From a virus (taxonomy: Duplodnaviria; Caudoviricetes), in IMG/VR virus record IMGVR_UViG_2595698395_000001, positions 1 through 64,000 of that record: 64,000 nucleotides of DNA; one strand, given 5' to 3'. Of the stretch, positions 16,360-24,933 are shown one piece after another. Below the pieces are notes generated by a model. The model was not told the origin of the DNA. It did not search any database and worked only from the letters and a program-made list of their open reading frames with translations. Position numbers and translations under genes: made by a program. How positions within the stretch are numbered: the first letter of the stretch is position 1; every line of letters starts with the position of its first letter.

Positions 16360-16405
16360 TATTGCAGGTAACAATGTTATATAACTAATTCAAAAAACTG
16401 AATCT

Positions 16406-16642
16406 ATGGAAACTACTGCAAAACAAGTGACTTTAAATATAATAGATGGTAAATTTACATCTTTAGAATTGCAAAATTTACTTCAATTAATTGCACAAGA
16501 GTTGAAATTACAAACTACATCCAATTATGCTAAAGAAAACAAACTATCTTTTAATGGAGTTAAAAACTTTAGGCCTCATATTTTAATTGATGGAATCAAA
16601 TTTCATTCAGACGGAATTATAGAAAATAGCTTACCTTTTTAA
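16406..16642 (+). CDS. small HTH-like protein
   Basis: TSNYAKENKLSFNGVK motif. Confidence 0.65.
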   Translation: METTAKQVTLNIIDGKFTSLELQNLLQLIAQELKLQTTSNYAKENKLSFNGVKNFRPHILIDGIKFHSDGIIENSLPF

Positions 16643-16660
16643 TAAAAAAAACTTCGGGAA

Positions 16661-17947
16661 ATGGCAACAATAAGACTAGTAACAAGAAGCAAGAAAAACC
16701 CTTGCAATTTAAACATTCGATTTTCTGCAGGAAGGGAGAACAACTTCTACTTGCCTACAAAAGTCTTTGTTAATCCAAACCATTGGGATAATAAAAAATC
16801 GAACTACAAAAACTCTAGCGAAATAGAAGATAGAATGATTAAAGCGGCTAAATTTGAACGCTTAAAATCTGATATTTTAAACGAGTATAACACTGCTTAT
16901 ATGAATGGCGAAGTTACCGATCCTCAATGGCTAGAAGAAGTTGTTAAGGACCTGTTTGATCGTCCAGAAAAAGAGAAAGGAAACAAAGTTCGTGAGCATT
17001 TTGTGTACTACTTGGATTTTTGTGAGTATTGGTTGAAGGAAATTGCACCGACCTGGAAGACAGAAAAGAATAAATTCATGTCAAAAAGAGCAATTCAACA
17101 GTACGACACCTTCGTATTGGCCTTTAAAAATTTTCAAAACAGTTCTACAGGAAGGAGATATCGTATAAAAGATGTAAATAGTGTTGTTTTAAACGATTTC
17201 TCGACTTATCTGTGTGACGAATCTAAGTTTGCCCCTACGACATCGAAACGTTTAGTAGGTCGCGTTAAATTCTTTTTAAACAGAGCAGAGAAGACCGGAA
17301 TAAAAACAGATCCAAGCTTTAAAGAACGAGTTTATGTATCTAAAGAGGAAGGAGATATTTTGGTTCCGTATCTTAACGAAGAGGAAATTAGTAGAATTTT
17401 CAATTTAAACCTGGAGCACGATCATATTTTAGATAACATCCGGGATAGTTTTATAATTAGTTTGTGGTCGGGTCTTAGAATTTCGGATTTCAATAATAAC
17501 CTGAAGGCCGATAACATAGAAGGAGATTATATTAGTATAAAAACAAATAAGACTGGTAGTTGGGTGACAATTCCACTTCATAACCAAGTTAAATTCGTGC
17601 TTAGTAAGCGTTTTGGTAATTTGCCAGCTAAATTTAGTGACAAGCTTTTTAATAAGCACATCAAAACAATATGCATGCTTGCCGAAATTGACGAAGATAT
17701 TAAAGGGAAGTTATTCGATAAAGAAACGAAGCGCAAACTTACGGGTATCTATCCAAAGTATAAATTAATTAGTTCGCACTCTGGACGTCGAAGTTTTGCC
17801 AGTAACCTCCATGGCTTCGTGCCTAATCACATACTTTCGGATCTTGGTGGTTGGTCCAGTGAAAAAATGATGCTTCACTATGTTAAACGAACAAAAAAAG
17901 AAAGTGCAGAAATTTTAAAAAACATTTGGGATGAAAAATATAAATAG
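16661..17947 (+). CDS. int: tyrosine recombinase / phage integrase (Bacteroidetes type, arm-binding + SAM-like + catalytic)
   Basis: SGLRISD (R), KTNKT (K), SSHSGRRSFA (HxxR), LGGWSSEKM...Y. Confidence 0.95.
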   Translation: MATIRLVTRSKKNPCNLNIRFSAGRENNFYLPTKVFVNPNHWDNKKSNYKNSSEIEDRMIKAAKFERLKSDILNEYNTAYMNGEVTDPQWLEEVVKDLFDRPEKEKGNKVREHFVYYLDFCEYWLKEIAPTWKTEKNKFMSKRAIQQYDTFVLAFKNFQNSSTGRRYRIKDVNSVVLNDFSTYLCDESKFAPTTSKRLVGRVKFFLNRAEKTGIKTDPSFKERVYVSKEEGDILVPYLNEEEISRIFNLNLEHDHILDNIRDSFIISLWSGLRISDFNNNLKADNIEGDYISIKTNKTGSWVTIPLHNQVKFVLSKRFGNLPAKFSDKLFNKHIKTICMLAEIDEDIKGKLFDKETKRKLTGIYPKYKLISSHSGRRSFASNLHGFVPNHILSDLGGWSSEKMMLHYVKRTKKESAEILKNIWDEKYK

Positions 17948-17948
17948 T

Positions 17949-18197
17949 ATGGAAAATAATAAAAATATTCCTTGGTACGATAAGTCAAAAAAGGATTTAA
18001 TGTTGGATCACAGTAAAGGTTGGGATTGTCCTGATTGTGGAATTAATTTACCTAGCGGTATTGTTGGAATTTCTAGCCATTGGGCGCAGTGCGGAGGTAA
18101 AGAAATGCATGAAAATATTGTTGATTTTTTTGATAGAAAAAGTAATGATTTTAATGAGTTAAAAGATATACTAAAAAATAATACTGATGGAGAATAA
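17949..18197 (+). CDS. hypothetical zinc-finger protein
   Basis: CPDC...HWAQC. Confidence 0.6.
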   Translation: MENNKNIPWYDKSKKDLMLDHSKGWDCPDCGINLPSGIVGISSHWAQCGGKEMHENIVDFFDRKSNDFNELKDILKNNTDGE

Positions 18198-18537
18198 TAT
18201 AATAGTACACGAAAATTATGCTGTTCATTTTAAAATGAGTGATGGTTGGATTAATTTTACAGCATATTTTATAATCAAAGGAAGTATAGGTCAAGTTGAA
18301 ACTTTCTGGTACACAGATAAGGACGACGAGCAAAAAACACTAAAAGATTTTGATGAAAATAAAGCATTCCATAAATTAAAAGGAAGTTATGTTTGGCGTG
18401 GAGTTTGGGAAGGAAGATTATACTTCACTGACGAAGAATATTGGAGTGAAGATTTAAAAGAATTGAGCGACTTATTTAGTGACACCATCGAGCCTTTTTG
18501 TAAAGAAAAAATCACAGAATATAACGATAAAAAATAA
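18187..18537 (+). CDS. hypothetical protein
   Basis: WRGVWEGRLYF.DEEYW motif. Confidence 0.65.
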   Translation: MENNIIVHENYAVHFKMSDGWINFTAYFIIKGSIGQVETFWYTDKDDEQKTLKDFDENKAFHKLKGSYVWRGVWEGRLYFTDEEYWSEDLKELSDLFSDTIEPFCKEKITEYNDKK

Positions 18538-18623
18538 TAATGGATGCAATCCTGGCGAAGATCTTTATCACAATAATTAAACGATTTTAAAATTGTGGCA
18601 TCGTAACTTTAAAAACAGGACAC

Positions 18624-18660
18624 AAAAAAACCCTTACTAGTAATATAGTAAGGGTTTTTA
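18624..18660. terminator. bidirectional terminator between convergent operons
   Basis: AAAAAAACCCTTACTA-gtaata-TAGTAAGGGTTTTTT. Confidence 0.85.
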
Positions 18661-18693
18661 ATTTTATGGTTCTATTTAAAAAATTTCTATAAC

Positions 18694-18936
18694 TTATCTT
18701 TTTGCGTTAAAATTAATTTCTGAGTTTATTGCTTTTAATATTCTTGATGCTGTAACTATAGAGGGTCGTTTTAGCCCTCTGATTATCTTTGAAATATCGC
18801 CCTGACTTATACCCGTTTCGCGAGAAATGAAGCCCTGTGTAATTCCTAAATCTTGCATTCTTTCGCTTACGTAGTCCGCAAACTGCATAATAATCTCTTG
18901 TTCTGTTTCCGTGTGATCGATATAAGTCTGAGCCAT
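18694..18936 (-). CDS. XRE-family HTH regulator
   Basis: GITQ..ISRETGISQGDISKI.RG..RPS. Confidence 0.85.
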   Translation of the reverse strand: MAQTYIDHTETEQEIIMQFADYVSERMQDLGITQGFISRETGISQGDISKIIRGLKRPSIVTASRILKAINSEINFNAKR

Positions 18937-19431
18937 AATATTAAAAAGTTTTAATTCGTTCTACTAGTGCGCCCCTTTCATTTATAGAAAGTTCTTCGAA
19001 AGTTCTGTTATTCATATGCCATCGTCCGTTTAAAACTTGATAGTTAGTATTCGGTCTTGGTATTTCTTCCTTTATTTCTCTGATTGTTTCTAATATTCCA
19101 AACATAGTATTTTGTTTAATTTGTTTCTTTTTTAAACTGCTTCTTTTGATCTCTTTTTGGCGGCAAAGTTCCGCTAATAGTTCCGCCTGTTATTAGGCAC
19201 TTGTTTTGTTCCCACCAAGCAGGAACTAATTTTTTTTGTGTCGTTTCCATGTTATAACAATAATAAGATTGATATTGATAAAATTAAAATAATCGTCCAA
19301 TAATAGACGTCTTTAAATGTCGGCTTTTTCATAATAGTAAACCGTAAATGTTAATTGATATTCCTATTACCCAAAGAATTAGCACGGTTAAAATCACCGT
19401 GCTATCTTTAATTTTTATGTCCTTCATACTT

Positions 19432-19725
19432 TTAATTTAAAATTGATACGTGTGTAAAAATTAAATACTTTTTTTCCTCGTCAATTTCAAGAAAATATTC
19501 GTTTTTAAGTGCCCAACCTTTGCAAAATATCTGCATATTTTCAACCATTTTATCTAGTCCTATTTTATCTTTTAAATTATATAAATCGTTATAAAATTCT
19601 GGCATTGGATCTTTTAGCGTTTCGGGTCTGTCAAATTTTACAACGTATTGCCCTTTGTTTTCTACGTGTTTTTTGTTGTACTCGTTTATTTTCTGTATCA
19701 TGTCTTTATTTTTTTGGTTCTTCAA
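19432..19725 (-). CDS. hypothetical early protein
   Basis: ORF in early operon. Confidence 0.55.
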   Translation of the reverse strand: MKNQKNKDMIQKINEYNKKHVENKGQYVVKFDRPETLKDPMPEFYNDLYNLKDKIGLDKMVENMQIFCKGWALKNEYFLEIDEEKKYLIFTHVSILN

Positions 19726-19999
19726 TATTAATATACTGCTTATACTCTTTTCCTGTTTTCTTACTGGTCCGTAAAATGTACAAACTACCGCGCGAACTTT
19801 TAAAAACTGGGTAACTAGTTCCTTTAATATCGATAGTAAACTTAGTTTTTACCGCTTCGGTTGCTGTTTTGGCCGTTTCTACCTTAACGAGCTTGTCACC
19901 GTTGACCACATATGTAGGTTTTTTTGATTGAGCGAAGCTACAAGACGATATAAGTATTAAAATTCCCGTAATTGTGCCTAAAATGTTTCTTTTTTTCAT
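19706..19999 (-). CDS. hypothetical protein with signal-like N-terminus
   Basis: MKKRNILG...SFAQ; YPVFKSSRG.LYI.RTSKKTGKEYKQY motif. Confidence 0.7.
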   Translation of the reverse strand: MKKRNILGTITGILILISSCSFAQSKKPTYVVNGDKLVKVETAKTATEAVKTKFTIDIKGTSYPVFKSSRGSLYILRTSKKTGKEYKQYINIEEPKK

Positions 20000-20009
20000 G
20001 TTGTTTAAT

Positions 20010-20168
20010 TTATTTGATTTTAAAAAAATGGTTGTACCTTCCTTTTGAGGTTTCAAACCTCGTTTTAATAAATCCGTTTACCTCTCCAGAATATGAAACC
20101 ATACTTTTATATTCTCCAAGGTTAAACGCTTTGCAGATTTGCAAAACTTCTTCTTTTACTTCCTTCAT
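20010..20168 (-). CDS. hypothetical protein (likely start MKEVKE)
   Basis: 3' part of called ORF; avoids overlap with ardA. Confidence 0.5.
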   Translation of the reverse strand: MKEVKEEVLQICKAFNLGEYKSMVSYSGEVNGFIKTRFETSKGRYNHFFKIK

Positions 20169-20250
20169 AATGTTTAATTTAATATTAATTAGTTCCTTAG
20201 TTGGTAGCGAACCAATAAAATGCGCTTTGCATCTAAGGAGTGGGTTTGGT

Positions 20251-20817
20251 TTATATACTTCTAAAGTAATGGCCGTTACTCTCTGAATAGTCATACATTA
20301 AGTCCCTTGCTGCTCTTTCCCAGTCAATACAATTGTGAGGCCATGAATTTGATATTTCAACGCCTGTTTGTTCTGCTAAATCTTCTGCAAAATCTTCATC
20401 GCTATTGTATTGACCTGAATAACTATCCTCTAATGCATCAAAAAATTCGTCTATATCATTAATGTCATAGCTTCCTAGTTCTGCGAATGCTTCTACAATA
20501 TCAGCATCATAAAAACAATTATCTAACCTATCAAAGTATTCAAATAATTTTTCAAAATCCATACTTTCAGAATAAAAAGCCTTTGGGAAATCCTCAAAAT
20601 CTGTTATCATTGTTTCTTCTCTTGGACTGTCTAACGGACTTTTTTCGTCGCACTCTTGGAAGTGGTTTAAAATATACTCGTTCAATTCTTCTGCATCGCT
20701 AAATTGGTCTAACTCTACCCAGTGCCCAAACTCGAATTGTGTCCCATTGTTATAGCTTGCATAATCAGTTAAAAATATTCTTCCCTTTGTTGCTGTACTT
20801 GTTGTTGCTGTTGTCAT
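20251..20817 (-). CDS. ardA: antirestriction protein ArdA (DNA mimic)
   Basis: YASYNNG...GHWVEL, EE.MITDFE, Y.GQY.S.EDFAE, IDWERAARDL; highly acidic. Confidence 0.9.
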   Translation of the reverse strand: MTTATTSTATKGRIFLTDYASYNNGTQFEFGHWVELDQFSDAEELNEYILNHFQECDEKSPLDSPREETMITDFEDFPKAFYSESMDFEKLFEYFDRLDNCFYDADIVEAFAELGSYDINDIDEFFDALEDSYSGQYNSDEDFAEDLAEQTGVEISNSWPHNCIDWERAARDLMYDYSESNGHYFRSI

Positions 20818-20865
20818 AATCGTATCTTTTAAAATGTTTATTAATTTGTTTTTGTTCTGGTGAGC

Positions 20866-21048
20866 TTATTTGGTTAGTTCCATGTCCTTTATGTAACTAT
20901 CCTTTAAAGAAACTGCTTCTTTCTTTGGGTACTTGTCGGACCATACTAAAAAGCGTTTAAATCCTTCTAGTGAGTAACCAAGGTATTCAAAATATAGTTT
21001 TGAATTTTTTATTGTTCTGGTGTAAGTGGTGTTTACTTCTAATTCCAT
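20866..21048 (-). CDS. hypothetical early protein
   Basis: short ORF in operon. Confidence 0.55.
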   Translation of the reverse strand: MELEVNTTYTRTIKNSKLYFEYLGYSLEGFKRFLVWSDKYPKKEAVSLKDSYIKDMELTK

Positions 21049-21208
21049 AACCTTATCTTTTATTTGTTACCTAATAAATACCTTATAACGGTATTAATTT
21101 TGTTCTTCTCGTTTAATTCTTTCAGCTCTTTAGCTGTATAAACGTTTACTCTTGCGCCTGCATGTATAATTGTCAAGCCTGTTTTTGTCTGTGCCATTGG
21201 TGAGGGGT

Positions 21209-21565
21209 TTAAATTGTTGTTTTATTGTTTGATGTCTCTAGTAATATGTTTATTCTACTTAATTTTATTTCAAGTTCTTTTTTTTCTAGTAGTAATTTAT
21301 CCTTTAGTATTTCTTCTTTACTTTTAACCTCTTCAATAGACTCTATTTTTTTAGTAACAAATTCTATTTCTTGATCTAATTTTAAAGCTTCTTTTAAACT
21401 CGTCGGATTAAGTTCTATGTAGTCATCAGTATTTGAGTCATTAAGATCCGACTCACCGTTTAAAGCTTTTTTTCTTGCTTCCTCTTCATTTTCTGCGATT
21501 ACTGTGTGATACTCAGTAATAAAACAAAGGTCTATATTTGATATTTCAATTTTAAATGTCTTCAT
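21209..21565 (-). CDS. hypothetical early protein
   Basis: V.AENEEEA..KAL motif. Confidence 0.65.
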   Translation of the reverse strand: MKTFKIEISNIDLCFITEYHTVIAENEEEARKKALNGESDLNDSNTDDYIELNPTSLKEALKLDQEIEFVTKKIESIEEVKSKEEILKDKLLLEKKELEIKLSRINILLETSNNKTTI

Positions 21566-22027
21566 AACTCTATTATTTTAAGTAATCCGTGTTTAAATCT
21601 CCGTTAATTAATCCTATTACTAAACTTCCAATAGTTACCGCAATAACTCCAAGAAATAAAACCTTAATTAATAACTCTACTTTGTTCGTGTTTTCTAATA
21701 CTCTGTTTAATGTCTTCATAATATTTATGTTTTAAATGTTTGTTTTTTGGTTTAAACTACTCAGCCATTCTTTTATTTGAATAGCTTTATATTTATCTTT
21801 ATTTAATTTTTGTGTTATACTCTTTTGCCAAGTTTCAAAAATTACTTCGTTTGTGTGTTTGTTTACTATTACCCAACTCATAGTCTTCTATCTTGTTGAA
21901 TTAAACCTATCTATTATAATTTTGTCGATGTCTGCTTTTAATAAAATAGCCTCCTCAAATGTGAACTCGTTTACTGGGCAATCTAAACTTTCCAGGTATT
22001 CAGCAAATTTTAAGTAATCGTTCATGT

Positions 22028-22330
22028 CTATTGTGTTTTAGTTATTATAAAATCAAGTTCACCGCTATTGTTGTAATCTATAATGTAGTTCCCTTTTTTG
22101 TACCATCTTGGTAAAAGTTTTTCATCAACCTTATTGAGTGTAGATTTGATACTCCTAATATCTATATTATCAATAATTTTATTTAGTTCTTTTTTATTGT
22201 CTTCTCTTTTGTTGTGATAGCTTGTAAACTGTCCACCTAACGCCGATAAATTAAAAGGTGTTGTATTATATGTATTTTCCGTTATATGTCTGTAAATAGC
22301 TGTTTTTAAAGTTTCAAAGTTTCTTTGCAT
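22028..22330 (-). CDS. hypothetical early protein
   Basis: first ORF of leftward early operon. Confidence 0.6.
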   Translation of the reverse strand: MQRNFETLKTAIYRHITENTYNTTPFNLSALGGQFTSYHNKREDNKKELNKIIDNIDIRSIKSTLNKVDEKLLPRWYKKGNYIIDYNNSGELDFIITKTQ

Positions 22331-22339
22331 GTCTTTAGT

Positions 22340-23460
22340 TTTAAATGGTTAATACTCTTTAATTAGCTAGGCAGTTAGTAGCGAGCTAAATCCAATCTCT
22401 TTTATACCTTATATATAGGTATTAGATTCTGCCTAATTTTATGCTTACCAATATGTCAATGAACTTTGCGCCTCTCGCAACCCCTATAAACGTTGGGCCT
22501 ACATCCTTACGCATGGCTAAAGTACATATAATTAATGGATATATAAAAAAAAAGATGTCTATTCGTTATCACTTGTTTTTATGGCTATTTTAAGATCAAT
22601 AGATATTTCTTATAGGTCAATGAATCCAGGCCATTAGACGTGTTCTTATTGTGGTTTACATGCACCTATATAATAGGACTATTTAAAGACCTGTATAAAT
22701 AAAGGGTAATTGTCGTAGTTTTTAAGTATTGTAGATGTGTGGGTTTTGTTTGTCACTAACACGTAAACACACGCAGAAAATAAAATTGTGGTCCAGATCC
22801 GGAGAACTAAGCGAGATCTGGACGTTTATACCTTATTATAGTACATCATTACTGGAATATAGTTGCCCGTTGTGCATTGGTTGTTCAAATATTGCACGTA
22901 TGAAGCGTAACTTTCTGTAAATTAGTAGGTTAATTGCTAAAAGGCGTGCCCATAGTAGGAGTACGCACAATTAGTATGATTCAAAACTCACAAATTAGTA
23001 GCATGCAAAAAGTCAAAAATCTAACTGGACACATATCGAAATGCACCCCCGTGGGGTAAATATCTCGAGTTTTCCTTTCGACCGGGATCGCTCGATACTA
23101 GTACTCCATCCCCACAACATTATCACGAGAGATTTTTTGGAATAAAAAAAGGCACCGACTATAAATCGATACCTTTTAGATGTGGGTCTCCTTTCTTTGG
23201 GTTAAACTTCCGTTATGTAAATATAGGTTAATTATTCTTAAAATCAGTAGTTTCTATCTATACTATATAAAGTAAGATAGGATTTCTCCTTTATATTACT
23301 GGTTATTAATAAGTTACGATATTTTCATTGGGCTGAGGGTGTGTCTAACTTTCATTATCTGAGACGTTTAGACATTCTGTAAAATGCTAACTTTCATCCT
23401 GAGTGAAAGTTAGACATTGGAATTACATACGATTTTTATATTAGAATCAAAAGTTTTATT
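22340..23460. other. non-coding divergence region, candidate genome terminus/packaging or control region
   Basis: >1 kb without credible ORF, GC-richer tract CACCCCCCGTGGGG, palindromes and repeats. Confidence 0.5.
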
Positions 23461-23461
23461 A

Positions 23462-23567
23462 TATATTTGTCTAGCCGACCTTCACATTAAGGCGAAAGAT
23501 ATTCAAGGACCTATATAATTTGGAATCAGGGTGAAGGCTGAGGAAGGGTTGTACTAGGTCTTTTTTT
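23462..23567 (+). promoter_or_regulatory. TAnnTTTG promoter plus structured leader/terminator
   Basis: TATATTTG 23462; CCTTCAC/GTGAAGG interleaved with GACCTA/TAGGTC + T7. Confidence 0.65.
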
Positions 23568-23580
23568 AAAGGGGAAAAGT

Positions 23581-24030
23581 ATGGGATTACTATCAACACA
23601 TCATCACAGACATACTAAAAAAGTGTATGAAAAGTCTAATATCAACATTACAGAAAAAAGAGCTCCAACGGACGAAAGTGTTAAGTTGTTAAAAGAGTTT
23701 CAGGAAAAGGCTATTAAAAACCTAATCGATAGCGTTAGGATTAATACTATGGGAATAGATGTCATGGTGTTTATTTTTAATCAGGAAATGATTACGGATG
23801 AAGTAGAGCTAATGGTATCATTTAATATAAATGGAAACAATTATAGACTAGTCGAAAAGATTTTTCGCGGAGAATATCAGAACGGAATAAGAAAGAAACT
23901 TGGGCACTTAGATTTCAGTCGTGCTGTATCATATACTATACACGAGATTTTATCTAAAGCAATAGCTAGGGAGATTATGCTTAAGGCTCCGCAGATGAAT
24001 GAGATACTTAGAAGTTTAAAAAGTCATTAA
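23581..24030 (+). CDS. hypothetical protein
   Basis: EKRAPTDESVKLL.E motif. Confidence 0.7.
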   Translation: MGLLSTHHHRHTKKVYEKSNINITEKRAPTDESVKLLKEFQEKAIKNLIDSVRINTMGIDVMVFIFNQEMITDEVELMVSFNINGNNYRLVEKIFRGEYQNGIRKKLGHLDFSRAVSYTIHEILSKAIAREIMLKAPQMNEILRSLKSH

Positions 24031-24050
24031 CAGTAAAAGGGGGAAAAGTT

Positions 24051-24410
24051 ATGAAAGCAAACGAATTAAGAAAAGGTGTTTACGTAAGAGACAGGGGTGG
24101 TAAAGAACTGTTAATAGATTTTATTGATATGCCTAACAATAAGGTAGGTATGAATATGTTAGTCATGGGTGTTCCTGTTCACCCTTTAACAGAATTTATT
24201 GACTACTTGCAGCCAATACCATTAACAAAAGAGTGGTTGGAACGGTTTGAAGTTTTAAATCCAGAGTATCCTTATTCTTTTGAGGTAGCAATAATAGGCG
24301 GTGAGTATAGAATTATTTGGAATGGAATTATGAAAGAGGTTAGATACGTAAACCAACTACAAAACCTTTATTTCGCACTTATAGGAGAAGAACTAACAAT
24401 TAAAAACTAA
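24051..24410 (+). CDS. conserved Bacteroidetes-phage protein (YopX-like)
   Basis: MKANELR.G..., PIPLT.EWL, YV.QLQNLYFAL.GEEL. Confidence 0.75.
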   Translation: MKANELRKGVYVRDRGGKELLIDFIDMPNNKVGMNMLVMGVPVHPLTEFIDYLQPIPLTKEWLERFEVLNPEYPYSFEVAIIGGEYRIIWNGIMKEVRYVNQLQNLYFALIGEELTIKN

Positions 24411-24420
24411 ATTTAAAACT

Positions 24421-24933
24421 ATGAACCTAAGTATTAAAACAAGTAAATCACAAGTAGTATCACAATACAATTGGATAGCCAAGGTTGACAGAGTTAAATA
24501 TGATGGCTATAAGTTTAGGTATCTAGAAGCAGTTGCATACGGACAAACCGAAGAACATGCATACAACAAGCTAAAAGATAACTTAGAAAAAATGGGCCAT
24601 ACCGTTATAAAGGAAGAAAACAAAATTACTCCTAGAATAAAAACGGATGAATTAGGTTGGTCGGAGATAGTCAACTTAATAGGCAACGAAGATATTAGTC
24701 CGGCAGAAATACTAACGGAGATCGCGTTAGACAAACAGAGTATTGAGAAGGACATATTGATTGCTGAGACAAAGCTACAGCGTTTAAAAACTAAAGAATT
24801 ACAATTAAAAACTTCGGCATTACATGTTATGAAGTATACAAAGAAGGAGTTTCCGTTGGTGGTAATTAACGACGGATTTATTGTTGTTGTAACTAAGGAC
24901 GAAATAACCATAGAAAGTAACGTAATAAAATAA
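24421..24933 (+). CDS. hypothetical protein
   Basis: 170 aa ORF in operon. Confidence 0.65.
   Translation: MNLSIKTSKSQVVSQYNWIAKVDRVKYDGYKFRYLEAVAYGQTEEHAYNKLKDNLEKMGHTVIKEENKITPRIKTDELGWSEIVNLIGNEDISPAEILTEIALDKQSIEKDILIAETKLQRLKTKELQLKTSALHVMKYTKKEFPLVVINDGFIVVVTKDEITIESNVIK

Larger units (their letters stand above)
11893..16390 (+). mobile_element. integron-like cassette array with attC-like TAAC...GTTA hairpins
   Basis: 7 TAAC/CAAC...GTT sites (5 with clear arm pairing), 3 orphan left arms, 2 orphan right arms; cassette bodies with complementary ends. Confidence 0.8.

Noticed and set aside
11893-16390. CRISPR array or simple terminators as explanation of the repeats
   Set aside because: Repeats are not sequence-identical, spacing is gene-sized, there are no U tracts after the stems, and no cas genes are present
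22735-22920. 61 aa ORF in the divergence region
   Set aside because: Atypical composition, overlaps palindromes and the att-like repeat; probably non-coding
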